From an uncultured Verrucomicrobiae bacterium (GTDB lineage Bacteria > Verrucomicrobiota > Verrucomicrobiia > Chthoniobacterales > Chthoniobacteraceae): a stretch of 64,000 nt of DNA. The stretch's first letter is position 1; each line of letters begins with the position of its first letter. The stretch covers positions 384,001 to 448,000 of the forward strand of contig CAWHEP010000002.1 of NCBI GenBank assembly GCA_963828525.1, read 5' to 3'. Under the pieces are notes generated by a model. It did no database searches, had not been told where the DNA came from, and was given only the letters and a program-made list of their open reading frames with translations. Below are positions 33,594 through 44,198 of the stretch, piece after piece. A program made the translations under genes and the position numbers.

Positions 33594-35024
33594 TTAAAGC
33601 CCGGTGTGCGGCGCGGCTTCCCCGAAGCGGATGTTGATCATCTCCAGGTCGGACTTGATCTCCTCCAGCACGCGCGGGGAGCGGATGCGCAGGAACATGA
33701 ACCAGACGAAGCCCACGGCCAGATACGCCAGGAAGTAGTAGGGGAAGTACGTCATGGGAGCGGCCGGGGCCGGGTAGACGGTCGAGATAATCGGCGGAAT
33801 CATGAAGGCCACGGAAACCACCGAGAGCGCAATGCTCCCGGCGGTGAGCTTGCCGATATTCTTCAGGTAGATCGGGGCGGCGATCGAGATCAGGATGTAA
33901 ACGACCAGGAATCCGTAAGTGGCCACGGTGCTGAGATCGTTAAAGACATCCAGCACACCCTGGCCGCAGAAGATCATGATGGCCGGCAGCAGGAAGACCG
34001 CAACCGAGGCGGTGGTGGCTGCGTGGTGCGGAGTGGAGTTTTCCGCGTGCGCCTTGCCGATATGGGCATGCACCACGCCATGGCGGCCCATACTGAAGAG
34101 GATCCGCGAGCCCGCGTTGATGCTGGCCAGGGTGCAGGCAAACATGCTGATAACCGCGCCAATGGAGATCAGCACCGCGAAGAAACCGACGCCTGCGGAA
34201 TCGGCCAGATCGTTGAAGGGCGCGGTGCTATCCCCGAGCGACCCTTTCATGCCATGGAAGCCGAGGACCGCGATGTACGAGGTCAGCATGAAAAAGAGGC
34301 CGCTGATGAGCGCGCTCAATAAAACCGCTTTGGGTATCGCTTTGAGCGGATTGCGTGCTTCTTCGCCCAGGGTCGTTGCACTTTCGTAGCCAACGTAGCT
34401 AAATATCGCCAGTATCAATCCGGCCTTCAAACCGCTGAAATTCATCCCCTGCAACTGGAACTGGGCGGTGTCTACGACCACTCCCTTGTGGGCCATAATG
34501 ATGACTCCCAGGACCAGGATGATGACCATCGAGACCGCCTCCAGGATGAGCATCAACTGGGTGGAGAGCTTGATGTCCTTGTACGCGATGTACCAGGCCA
34601 GCGCCGCGCCGACGCCGAAAAGAATCACGGGGTGCACGTGGATGTGCATCATCTCCAGGAGGATGATTGCGTAATTGACCGACCCGGCGAGCACCGCCAT
34701 GCCGGTGAAAAGGTAGGCCACAATCAAGCACCAGCCAGAAAGAAAGCCTGCACTCATCCCCATGCCGCGGGTGATGAAGGAGTAAAGCGAGCCGGGCGAA
34801 GCGGAACGCTTGGCGAACTGATTGATGTTGAGCCCCACCAGCATGAGGCCGATAGTGGCGAAGAGATAGGCAAGCCAGGTCCCATTTCCGGCCGAGGCGA
34901 AGACCAGCGGCACAATGACCACGGGTGTCAGCGTCGGCGAGATATTGGCGACGGATTGCGATAACGTTTCGGAGAAACTCAGGCATTTTGACCGGAGTCC
35001 GTAACTGCTGTTTGATGTCAACAT
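33594..35024 (-). CDS. APC-family amino acid/amine permease
   Basis: About 12 TM helices; SQSVANISPT, ASPGSLYSF, FSYVGYESATTLGEEARNP. Confidence 0.92.
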   Translation of the reverse strand: MLTSNSSYGLRSKCLSFSETLSQSVANISPTLTPVVIVPLVFASAGNGTWLAYLFATIGLMLVGLNINQFAKRSASPGSLYSFITRGMGMSAGFLSGWCLIVAYLFTGMAVLAGSVNYAIILLEMMHIHVHPVILFGVGAALAWYIAYKDIKLSTQLMLILEAVSMVIILVLGVIIMAHKGVVVDTAQFQLQGMNFSGLKAGLILAIFSYVGYESATTLGEEARNPLKAIPKAVLLSALISGLFFMLTSYIAVLGFHGMKGSLGDSTAPFNDLADSAGVGFFAVLISIGAVISMFACTLASINAGSRILFSMGRHGVVHAHIGKAHAENSTPHHAATTASVAVFLLPAIMIFCGQGVLDVFNDLSTVATYGFLVVYILISIAAPIYLKNIGKLTAGSIALSVVSVAFMIPPIISTVYPAPAAPMTYFPYYFLAYLAVGFVWFMFLRIRSPRVLEEIKSDLEMINIRFGEAAPHTGL

Positions 35025-35079
35025 AATGGGCTTTTCTTTCCTCGGTTTTGGGACGGGTGTTTATTTACATCCAACTGTT

Positions 35080-35096
35080 GTTGCGCCATAAGCAAC
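35080..35096. promoter_or_regulatory. Palindromic operator-like motif GTTGC-N7-GCAAC
   Basis: GTTGCGCCATAAGCAAC between the divergent permease and XRE genes; related copy at 41196..41212. Confidence 0.55.
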
Positions 35097-35107
35097 ATTG
35101 GTGCCAA
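35091..35107 (-). promoter_or_regulatory. Sigma54 promoter for the APC permease
   Basis: Minus strand TTGGCACCAATGTTGCT matches TGGCAC-N5-TTGC. Confidence 0.75.
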
Positions 35108-35166
35108 TTTTACCTGGAGACGTTGACTCCGATGCGGGTTTCGCGCATTTCTCGTGGCAGCAAGCC

Positions 35167-35754
35167 ATGATTGAGGCCCCCCGAAGCGTCGAAGTTCAGA
35201 TCGGACAGCGCATCCGAGCACGGCGCGGGGAGCGCAACATCACGCTCGACCAACTCGCAGCCGACGTGAAGCTGACCAAGGGACAGCTCTCGAAGATCGA
35301 GAACGGAAAGGTTTCGTCACCGGTCTCCACCTTGACTCGCATCGCGGTCGCCCTGGCGGTGGAGCCGGGGTATTTCTTCCAGTCCTCGCAGCCGGCGCCG
35401 CGGGCCTCGCTGGTCCTGCGCGAGAAGCGGAGGGTGATCGTGGGACGTGCCTCCAAGATCGGGCACACCTACGAGGCGCTCACGCATGGGCTGTCCTTCA
35501 AGAAGGATTTCGAGCCTTACCTGATGCGGATCGACGAGAAAGACGTGGACCCCGAGCACAACGTCTTCAAGCACCCCGGGCACGAGTTGCTCTACATGCT
35601 AAAGGGGGAGATGGACTACCGGCACGCCGAGGAGGTGTACCACCTGGAGCCGGGGGATAGCCTGTTCTTCGAGGGGCATCTGGAGCACGGCCCGGTCCGC
35701 GTTTACTACCCGCCAGTGGAATTTTTGAGCATTATTAGCAACCCGGCGGGGTAG
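35167..35754 (+). CDS. XRE-family HTH plus cupin transcriptional regulator
   Basis: IGQRIRARR...LSKIENGKVSSP; cupin HPGHELLYMLKGE...LEPGDSLFF...H. Confidence 0.92.
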   Translation: MIEAPRSVEVQIGQRIRARRGERNITLDQLAADVKLTKGQLSKIENGKVSSPVSTLTRIAVALAVEPGYFFQSSQPAPRASLVLREKRRVIVGRASKIGHTYEALTHGLSFKKDFEPYLMRIDEKDVDPEHNVFKHPGHELLYMLKGEMDYRHAEEVYHLEPGDSLFFEGHLEHGPVRVYYPPVEFLSIISNPAG

Positions 35755-35760
35755 CTGGGA

Positions 35761-38136
35761 TCACTCGATTCCCCAACTCTTGTTCGGATTTGGTCCGAGG
35801 ACGAGGTCCAGGGTTCCACCGGCAGTGATTTCGGAATAGTTGAGCCAGCACCGGTTCATCGGCTGTCCGTTGAGGCGGGCCCATTGGATGTAGACGTTCT
35901 CCGGCGAGTTGTTCTTCGCCGTGATCGTAAAGGTGCCGCCTTTGGTAAATTTCGGGTCGAGCTGGATGGTCACCTTGTCAAACAGGGGCGTGAAGATTTC
36001 GAACCGCGGGTCACCCGGGCAGGCCTGGTGCAGGCCAATGGCGGCAAAGACATACCAGGCCGACATCTGGCCGCAGTCATCGTCCCCCGGCATGCCTTCG
36101 GGGCCGGTCAGGTAGACGCCCATCGATTTCCGAACCCACTTCTGCGTGAGCCAAGGCGCGCCCGCCCGGTTGAAGAGGAAGGGGATGAGTTCCGTGGGCT
36201 CGTTTACCGGATTGTTGTAGAAATTCCACCACGGTTCCATTCCTCGCTGATGCACCGGGTTCTTCGTTCCGAGGTAGGGATTCCACTTCGTGAAGTCGGG
36301 CGTCCGTTCAAAGAAGTCGGTGAGCTTGGCAATGAAGAGATCCTTGCCGCCGTTCAACTGGATGAGGCTGGGGATGTCATTCGGCACGCACCACCCCGCC
36401 TGGTAAACGGTCGATTCGCGCGTCGTCTTTTCTTCGAGGAGGCCGGTCCACGGCACGAAATCGCCTTTGCCATCCTTCGCCCGGAACCATCCTTTCCATT
36501 CCGGCCGGGCGTCGGTTCCGGCCGGGTCGTAGGTCCAAGCCTGGGTTGGGTCGAACAGCGTTTTGTAGTTCTGCGAAAGCTGAAGGTACTTCGCGGCGTC
36601 CTCTTTTTTGCCCAGGGCGGCGGCCAGTTGGGCCATATTCCAGTCATTGAGGCTGTACTCGAAGGTCTCCGATAAGTTGCCGGGGCAATAGGGCGTTTTC
36701 CAGACGCCGAAGGTCCTCATGGTGACGGTGGCATCGTCGAAAGCCCTGGCCGTGTCAAATTTGCGGATCCCTTTCTGGTAGGCGTCGTTAATCACGACCA
36801 CTTCCGGATTTCCAATCATGCAGCCGCTGTAGGCGCCCATGATTTCCCAGCGGTCGTAATAATGGCGCCCGCTGGTTTCGGCCATGGAGACCATGCTGTT
36901 GATCTGATCGTTCACCACCGTGGGATCGACCAGGCACAGCAGCGGAAATTCGCTGCGATAGACATCCCAACCGCTGAACACGGTCCGGTAAGTAAAGCCA
37001 TCGGCATGGTGAGGCTTGAAGTCGTCGCCGGTGTAGGAGCCATCCAGGTCCTGAAAAATCTGGGGAAACTGGAGGGCGCGATAGAGGGCGCTGTAATAGA
37101 TCGTCTTGTCATCCTCCGTGCCGCCCTCCACTGCGAGACGCCCAATTTCCTGCGTCCATTTGTCGCGGGCCTGCTGGTGGACCTGATCGAAATTCCACCC
37201 CGGAATTTCCGACGCCAGATTGGCCCGCGCCCCCGCCACGCTCACAAAGGAAAGGCCGGTCTTCACCAGCACCGTCTCGCCTGCCTTGGTGGGGAACTCA
37301 CTGTAAAACCCGAGATGCTGGCCTTCCTTTTCCTGGCAGCCCGGAATGACCTGCGCGTTCTTGCAAGCCGCCACGAATTCGGGCGTGCTGGTTCTGTGAA
37401 TCCATGGGCCAGGGGGAAGAGTGGCACTCCAGACGCCGCTGGTGGTGAAAGGCTTGCTGAATTCGACGTGGTAGTAGGCGGTGTACCGGGTGCAATTGCC
37501 CGGACCCCAGCCGCCGCCCTCGGGCGGACATTCGATGGCCCCCTCAATGGTGTGATCGTCGATCACCTTCACCGTCTGGTGGGTGGAGGTCCCTCCGTTC
37601 CGGTGAGCGAGATCCACCTGGATGCGCGACTGCCCGTTTTCCGGAAAGGTGAAGCGGAGCATTCCGCTATGAGGCGCCGCCGTGGCTTCCGCCTGAATGT
37701 GGTAGGTGTCCAGCATCACCGAATAATAACCAGCCGAGGCCTTCTCTGTTGACTTCGCGATCGAGGAAGCGTAGCCGGCGCCCGGCCGCCCGGCATAGGC
37801 TTGCAGGGTCCCGGTCGTGGCCGCGACGAGGACATTGCCCATCTCTCCACCATCCGCGCCGCCCAGATGATCAAAGCTGAAACCCTGGATCGCCCTGCTC
37901 GCGTAATTGTAACTGATCGTGCCCCCCGTATCGGGGCTGACCTTGACCATGCTGAGGGGAGTGGTGGCGCCGGGGAAATCCTTGCCCTGGTGCCCCGTGC
38001 CGATAAACGGGTCGATGTAATCGATGGGAGCCTTGGCCTGCAGCAGGGTGGCCGTGCAAAGAAGGGTGGTGGCGGCAACGAGGAAGGTGGCTTTCGGCGC
38101 TCGGAAAGCCCCGGAACAGGGGAGAGAAAAATTCAT
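35761..38136 (-). CDS. GH92 alpha-mannosidase family protein, secreted
   Basis: YIDPFIGT, FPGATTP...SPDT, ASAGYYSV, FSGWDVYRS, NEP, GDDDCGQMSAWYVF. Confidence 0.93.
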   Translation of the reverse strand: MNFSLPCSGAFRAPKATFLVAATTLLCTATLLQAKAPIDYIDPFIGTGHQGKDFPGATTPLSMVKVSPDTGGTISYNYASRAIQGFSFDHLGGADGGEMGNVLVAATTGTLQAYAGRPGAGYASSIAKSTEKASAGYYSVMLDTYHIQAEATAAPHSGMLRFTFPENGQSRIQVDLAHRNGGTSTHQTVKVIDDHTIEGAIECPPEGGGWGPGNCTRYTAYYHVEFSKPFTTSGVWSATLPPGPWIHRTSTPEFVAACKNAQVIPGCQEKEGQHLGFYSEFPTKAGETVLVKTGLSFVSVAGARANLASEIPGWNFDQVHQQARDKWTQEIGRLAVEGGTEDDKTIYYSALYRALQFPQIFQDLDGSYTGDDFKPHHADGFTYRTVFSGWDVYRSEFPLLCLVDPTVVNDQINSMVSMAETSGRHYYDRWEIMGAYSGCMIGNPEVVVINDAYQKGIRKFDTARAFDDATVTMRTFGVWKTPYCPGNLSETFEYSLNDWNMAQLAAALGKKEDAAKYLQLSQNYKTLFDPTQAWTYDPAGTDARPEWKGWFRAKDGKGDFVPWTGLLEEKTTRESTVYQAGWCVPNDIPSLIQLNGGKDLFIAKLTDFFERTPDFTKWNPYLGTKNPVHQRGMEPWWNFYNNPVNEPTELIPFLFNRAGAPWLTQKWVRKSMGVYLTGPEGMPGDDDCGQMSAWYVFAAIGLHQACPGDPRFEIFTPLFDKVTIQLDPKFTKGGTFTITAKNNSPENVYIQWARLNGQPMNRCWLNYSEITAGGTLDLVLGPNPNKSWGIE

Positions 38137-38220
38137 GGCGAAGGGATTGCCTTCAGCCTATGAAGCCGCGCTGGGATTGCAAGACAGCCAGAGGAGGCAT
38201 CCGCTACCGCAAGGCAATCG

Positions 38221-39547
38221 CTAGAAGCCGTTTGCGCCGGGGATCCAATTCGTTCCAGCCAGGGGGATTTTTGCCATGGCGGCGGCTTCGATGGTCAAGG
38301 CGGCGAGGTCTTCAGGCTCCAGGTGGTGGACGTGGGATTTGCCACAGGCCCGCGCGAGGGTCTGGGTCTCCAGGGTGAGCACGCGGAGATAATTGGCCAG
38401 CAGCCGCCCCCCTTCCACCGGGTCGAGCCGAGCGGAGAGAGTTTCATCTTGGGTGGAGATACCGGCGGGGTCCTGGCCGTCCTGGTAATCGTCGAAAAAA
38501 CCTGCGGAGGTCCCGAGGCGCTCATAGTCCTTCTGCCACTTCGGGTGGTTGCAGCCGAGCGCAATCAGGGCAGCGGTGCCGATGGAAACCGCGTCCGCGC
38601 CCATGGCGAGCGCCTTGGCGACATCCGCGCCGGAGCGAATGCCTCCGGAGATGATGAGCTGCACCTTCCGGTGCATGCCGAGCTCCTGCAGCGCTTCCAC
38701 GGCCTGGCGCAGGGCGGGCAGGGTGGGAATGCCGACATGCTCGATGAAGACCTCCTGGGTCGCGCCCGTGCCGCCCTGCATCCCATCGACCACGATGACA
38801 TCCGCGCCGGATTTCACGGCCAAGGCGGTATCGTAATAAGTGCGGGAGGCGCCGACTTTCACATAGATCGGCTTTTTCCAGTCGGTGATCTCGCGCAACT
38901 CCTTGATCTTGATGGCGAGATCGTCCGGGCCGGTCCAATCCGGATGCCGGCAGGCGCTGCGCTGGTCGATTCCCTTTGGCAGGGTGCGCATCTCTGCGAC
39001 GCGGTCGCTGATCTTGCGGCCGAGGAGCATGCCGCCGCCGCCCGGCTTCGCACCTTGGCCGAGCACGATCTCGATGGCGTCGGCCTTGCGCAGATCGTCG
39101 GGATTGAAGCCCGTAGCGGGAGGGCAGTACCTGGTAGACAAGCATCTTGGAGCTTTCGCGCTCCTCCGGGGTCATGCCGCCATCGCCGGTGGTGGTGGAG
39201 GTGCCCATGGCGGTGGCGCCGCGGCCCAGTGCTTCCTTGGCCTGGGCGGAGAGCGCCCCGAAGCTCATGCCGGCGATGGTGATCGGAATCTTCAGGTGGA
39301 GCGGCTCGCTGGCGAAGCGGTTGCCCAGCACCACATCGGTGGCGCATTTTTCGCGGTAGCCCTCCAGCGGGTAGCGGGACATGCTCGCGCCGAGGAAGAC
39401 GAGATCGTCGAAATGGGGCAGGCTCCGTTTCGCGCCCCAGCCGCGGATGTCATAAATGCCGGTCTCGGCCGCGCGCTGGATTTCGTGGATGACGTTGCGG
39501 TCAAAAGTGGCGGATTCCCGCAGGCCCGGTCTTTGCATGGCGTCCAT
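38221..39547 (-). CDS. mgsC: N-methylglutamate synthase subunit C (FMN glutamate-synthase domain), one frameshift
   Basis: EIQRAAETGIYDIRG, SRYPLEGYREKC, IAGMSFGALS, GQGAKPGGGGML, RHPDWTGPDDL, ARACGKSHVH. Confidence 0.88.
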
Positions 39548-39551
39548 GGCT

Positions 39552-40248
39552 CTAGTATTTGCCGGCGTGATCGATGTGGAAATTGTAAAGCTGCCGCGCG
39601 GAGCCATAGCGCCGGAAATCCTCGGGGCGTGCGTTGCTCTCCGCCCGCTCCAGGAGGGCGGCCAGTTCCTCCCGTTCGCTGGCCGGCATCTCCTGCTCCA
39701 CGCAATCCGCACCCAGGTCTTTCACCGCTCCCCGCACGAAGAGATCGCGCTTCGTAAATGGAATCGCCTAGCGCCTCGCCAGCATCGCCGCAAACCACCA
39801 GGTTCCCCGCCTGGGCCATGAAGGCGCTCATGTGGCCCACGGAGCCCTTTACCACGATGGAAATCCCCTTCATGGAAATGCCGCAGCGCGCCGAGGCGTC
39901 GCCGTCGATCACGAGCAGACCGCCGTGCCCGCTGGCGCCGGCGGACTGGCTGGCATTGCCCTGCACGTGGACGAATCCGGACATCATATTTTCCGCCACG
40001 CCCACCCCCGCATTCCCATAGATGATCACGGAGGCGAGCTGGTTCATGCCCGCGCAGTAGTAGCCGACATGGCCATCGATCGAGACGGTGACGGGAACCT
40101 GCAGGCCGCAGGCGATGGCGTGGGCTCCCTGCGGGGAGGTGACTCTCCAATCCCGCAGATCGCTGTCCGGTTTCAGCTCGTGCAGGCTTTGGTTCAGCGC
40201 TCGCAACTCGGACGTGGCGAGATCGAAGGTGCGGATTTCACGATGCAT
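39552..40248 (-). CDS. mgsB: N-methylglutamate synthase subunit B (GXGXG domain), one frameshift
   Basis: GHVGYYCAGMNQ, GVAENMMSG, ASARCGISMKG, GHMSAFMAQAG, YGSARQLYNF. Confidence 0.88.
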
Positions 40249-41149
40249 GGGCGAGGCTCCAGCTGTAGACGGTTCGCCGGTTCCGGCTCCCATAGCCTGG
40301 CTTGCTCAATTCCCGGCAGCGACACCAGCGAGCGGTATTCGGATGACATGGCGACGTAGTCGTCCGTTTCCGCCATGACGGCGGGCTTGCAGGCCACGCG
40401 GTCGCGCAGCACGGCGAAACCGTCGCGGGTGCCGACGGCGAAGGTGAAGAAACCGTCCAGGTCGTCCAGCGCCCGCTCCAGCGCGCCCTTGAGGGTGTCG
40501 CCGCGATTAAGCCGGGAGGTGAGATAGCCAGCGGCGACTTCGGAGTCGTTATCCGTCTCGAAGTCGATCCCCTCGCGGCGGAGGTTCGCGGCGCAGGTTA
40601 TTATGGTTCGAAAGAGAGCCGTTATGAACCAGGCAGAGATCCGGACCGGTGGAAAAAGGATGCGAGCCGGTGGTCGTGACCGCGCTTTCCGTGGCCATGC
40701 GGGTGTGGCCGATGGCATGGGACCCGGCCATTTCCCGGACATGGAAGCGCTCGATCACGTCGCTGGGCAAGCCCGACCTCTTTCATGATCTGGATGCGCT
40801 GGCCAGCGCTCATGACCTTGATTTGCGGATACTCCTGCCGGAGCAACGCGCGGGCGGCGGCTTCCGGGCCGGAGATGATGAAGACGGCATGGGTGGAATA
40901 GCGCGCCCAGTCGGGGCGGCTGCCGGTCGCCTCCTCGAGCCGCGCCGCCACTTGTTCCCAGTGAAAATCGGTGCCGGGATGGTACAGCGTAAATTTGGTG
41001 CTTCCCGGGGGCGCATCACTTCCGTACACGGCAAAGCCGGCGCTATCCGGGCCCCGGCTGCTCATGCAATCGAGCATTTCACTGAAATACTCCCCGAGCC
41101 GCGGCTCGAAGGAGCGATTTTTGAAGAAGAGGCCAACGATTCCGCACAT
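40238..41149 (-). CDS. mgsA: N-methylglutamate synthase subunit A (class II amidotransferase), frameshifted
   Basis: MCGIVG, RGPDSAGFAVY, GHTRMATES, VHNGSLSNHN, NDSEVAA, ACKPAVMAETDDYVA. Confidence 0.88.
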
Positions 41150-41195
41150 ATATTCTCAGTGCAGCATGGGCTGCAGGAAAAGGAGATTGACCGAA

Positions 41196-41212
41196 GTTTC
41201 CTGAAATGCAAC
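41196..41212. promoter_or_regulatory. Second operator-like motif in the mgsA/gmaS divergent promoter region
   Basis: GTTTCCTGAAATGCAAC(AT), compared with GTTGCGCCATAAGCAAC(AT) at 35080. Confidence 0.5.
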
Positions 41213-41252
41213 ATCAATTGCATCGCGATAAAATCAGCGAACCAGAAATTCT

Positions 41253-42612
41253 ATGGCCAACAGAGACGAAATAAAGCAAACGCTCGCGCGGGACGATATC
41301 CAATTCATCCTGGCCCAATTCGTGGACATTCACGGCTCGGCCAAGGTCAAGATGTCGCCGGTGGGAGCGCTCGACTCACTCATCGACGAAGGGGCTGGGT
41401 TTGCTGGCGGAGCCGTGTGGGGCATGGGCCAGGGGGCGCATTCGCACGACATGATGGGGCGGGTGGATCTCGACTCCTACACGCCGCTGCCCTGGCAGCC
41501 GCACGTGGCGCGCTTCGCCAGCGACCTCTATGTGGATGGCAAGCCGCATCCCTATTGCCCGCGCGTGAATCTAAAACGGGTGCTTGAGCGTGGCGCGGGA
41601 AAAGGGATTCGTGCTGAACCTGGGCATCGAGCCCGAGCACTTCCTGGTGGTGAAAAACCCGGATGGCTCGATCTCCCCTTGGGACCCGGCGAAGATCGAT
41701 ACGCTGGCCAAGCCTTGCTATGACTTCAAGGGGATCGCACCCGCGCTCGGCTACCTGCAGGATATCACGACCTACTGCAACCAGCTCGGCTGGGGCGTGT
41801 ACCAGGCCGACCACGAGGATGGAAACGGGCAGTACGAGGTCAATTTCATGTACAGCGACGCGCTGACCACGGCGGACCGCTACACTTTTTTCAAAATGAT
41901 GACGAGCCAGGTGGCGGCGAAGTACGGCGCCATCGCCACGCACATGCCGAAGCCGTTCGGCACGCGCACGGGAAGCGGCGCGCACATCCACTACCACCTC
42001 GCGGACGCGGCCACGGGGGAGAATCGATTTACCGACGAGGGAGACCGGCGTGGCCTGGGAATATCGCGGCTCGGCTACCATTTCCTCGGGGGCATTCTGA
42101 AGCACGCGGCGGCGCTCTGCGCGATCAGCTCTCCCACGGCGAACTGCTACAAGCGGTTGCTTATCGGGCCCGGGCTGTACACCTCTCGCTCCGGGTTCAC
42201 CTGGACGCCGGCCTTCATCAGCCACGGAGATAACAACCGCACCCAGATGTTGCGCATCTGCGGGCCAGGCCACGTGGAAGACCGCTCGGTCTCGGCAGGG
42301 TGCAACCCGTACTTGGTTTTCGCCGCCTACCTCATGGCGGGGCTGGACGGGATCGAGAACAAGATCGAGCCGGGAGAGCCGAACCTGATGAACTTGTACG
42401 GGCTGACCAAGGATGAGATCTACAAGCGCGGCCTGGTGACGCTGCCGCAATCGCTGAAAGAGGCGCTGGTGGCGCTCGAGTCCGATAACCTGGTACTGAA
42501 CGCGCTGGGGCCAATCCAGAATGAGTTCCTCAAGCTGAAGTGGCAGGAGTGGAACGAGTACCACCGGCAGATTTCGCAGTGGGAGATCGACCAATACCTG
42601 ACTTTCTTCTAG
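41253..42612 (+). CDS. gmaS: Gamma-glutamylmethylamide synthetase-like glutamine synthetase (GlnT type), one frameshift
   Basis: AQFVDIHG, GAGFAG, GIEPEHF, QADHEDGNGQYEVNF, MPKPF...GSGAHIH, GDNNRTQMLR; divergent from mgsABC. Confidence 0.8.
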
Positions 42613-42623
42613 GAACCGGCTGA

Positions 42624-43769
42624 GTGGCTAAACCTTACGACTTGATCGTGCTCGGGGTGGGCGGCATGGGCGCGGCCGTGGTCGCGCACGCGGCCTGGAA
42701 AGGATTGCGCACGCTTGGCCTCGAACAGTATTCGCTGCCGCATCGGCGGGGCAGCTCGCATGGCGTGACCCGCATCCTGCGGCTGGGGCTTCACGAGGGG
42801 CCTACTTATGTGCCGCTGGTTTTGCGCGCGGTGGAACTCTGGAAGGAGCTCGGCCAGAAAGCCGGGCAGCCGATGTTCTACAACAACGGCAGCTTCGACG
42901 TCGCGCCGCCGGAGTCGCCTATCTTCAAAGGTTCGCAGGCGGCGTGCGAGAAGCATGGCATTGCCCATGAAATCCTGGATGCTCAGGAGACACATCGCCG
43001 GTTTCCCGGCATTACTCCGGACGCGGAAATGATGGCGGTTTATCAGCCGGGCTCGGGGTTTGTTCTCTCGGATGCCTCCATGGAGGCGCACCTGAACCTG
43101 GCGCTGGCGGCCGGGGCCGAACTGCACGGGCACGAGCAGGTCCTGGAGTGGCGGCGCGAAGGGGAACTCTGCCGGGTAGAAACGGATCGCGGAAAGTACC
43201 TGGCAAAAGCGCTGGTGGTGACGACCGGCGCGTGGGCGAAAAAACTCCTGCCGCACATCCCTGTGAAGACGGAGCGGCAGGTGGTGGGCTGGTTTCAGCC
43301 AAAGGAATCGCCGGAACTATTTACCCCCGCGCGCATGCCGAGCTGGATTATCGATTCCGCCCTGCTGGGGCATTTTTACGGGCTGCCGATCCATGGCATC
43401 CCGGGGTTCAAGCTCTCGAAGTTCTTTTACGGGGACCTGGTCGATCCTTCGGCCGGACTGCTGCCGCCGCAGCCGCAGGAGGAAGAAGCGTTGCGGGTCT
43501 TTTTGCGCCGCTATTTTCCAAAGGCGGATGGGCCGGTCCTGACTCTCGGCTCGACCTTCTTCGAGAATACTCCGGACCGCGACTTCATTATCGACGAACT
43601 GCCCGGCCAGCCCGGAGTCTGGCTGGCGCTTGGGTTCAGCGGCCATGGCTACAAGTACGCCACGGCCATTGGAGAACTCATGGCGAACCTGGCCAGCGGG
43701 GGGGAACCGGGCTTCGACCTGACTCCCTTCCGGGTGGCGCGCTTTGCCGGGGGAAAGCCGCCCGCCTAA
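42624..43769 (+). CDS. Monomeric sarcosine oxidase / SolA-family flavoprotein, atypical at the FAD-attachment site
   Basis: GVGGMG, GSSHGVTRILR, TTGAW, NTPDRDFIID, GFSGHGYK. Confidence 0.88.
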   Translation: MAKPYDLIVLGVGGMGAAVVAHAAWKGLRTLGLEQYSLPHRRGSSHGVTRILRLGLHEGPTYVPLVLRAVELWKELGQKAGQPMFYNNGSFDVAPPESPIFKGSQAACEKHGIAHEILDAQETHRRFPGITPDAEMMAVYQPGSGFVLSDASMEAHLNLALAAGAELHGHEQVLEWRREGELCRVETDRGKYLAKALVVTTGAWAKKLLPHIPVKTERQVVGWFQPKESPELFTPARMPSWIIDSALLGHFYGLPIHGIPGFKLSKFFYGDLVDPSAGLLPPQPQEEEALRVFLRRYFPKADGPVLTLGSTFFENTPDRDFIIDELPGQPGVWLALGFSGHGYKYATAIGELMANLASGGEPGFDLTPFRVARFAGGKPPA

Positions 43770-44194
43770 TGCGACAGGTCCATCTTGCCGAGACAGACGA
43801 ACAAATCCTGCGCTGCTTCCGAGTCATGGCAGAGCTGCGGCCTCACTTGGTCGAGCAGAAGTTTGCCGCTTATGTGCGGCTTCTGCAAAAAGAGGGCTAT
43901 CGCCTGGTCTTTCTTGAGGCTTCGAACCAGGTCATGTCGGTGGCAGGTTATCGCGTGCAGGAAAGTCTCGCGCGGGGGCGCTTCATGTATGTGGACGACT
44001 TCGTGACGGGCGCGGCGGCGCGCAAACATGGCTTCGCGACCACGTTGTTCGATTGGCTGGTGGCGCGCGCCCGGGAACTGGAGTGCGCCTCCATCCAACT
44101 CGATTCGGGACCCACGAGGCACGAGGCTCACCGTTTTTATGAGGCGAAAGGCATGACCCGGTCCAGCCGGCACTATTCACTTGTCCTTACTTAG
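43769..44194 (+). CDS. GNAT-family N-acetyltransferase
   Basis: MAELRPHL, YVDDFVT...RKHGFA, LDSG...AHRFY; start overlaps the upstream stop. Confidence 0.88.
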   Translation: MRQVHLAETDEQILRCFRVMAELRPHLVEQKFAAYVRLLQKEGYRLVFLEASNQVMSVAGYRVQESLARGRFMYVDDFVTGAAARKHGFATTLFDWLVARARELECASIQLDSGPTRHEAHRFYEAKGMTRSSRHYSLVLT

Positions 44195-44198
44195 TAAC

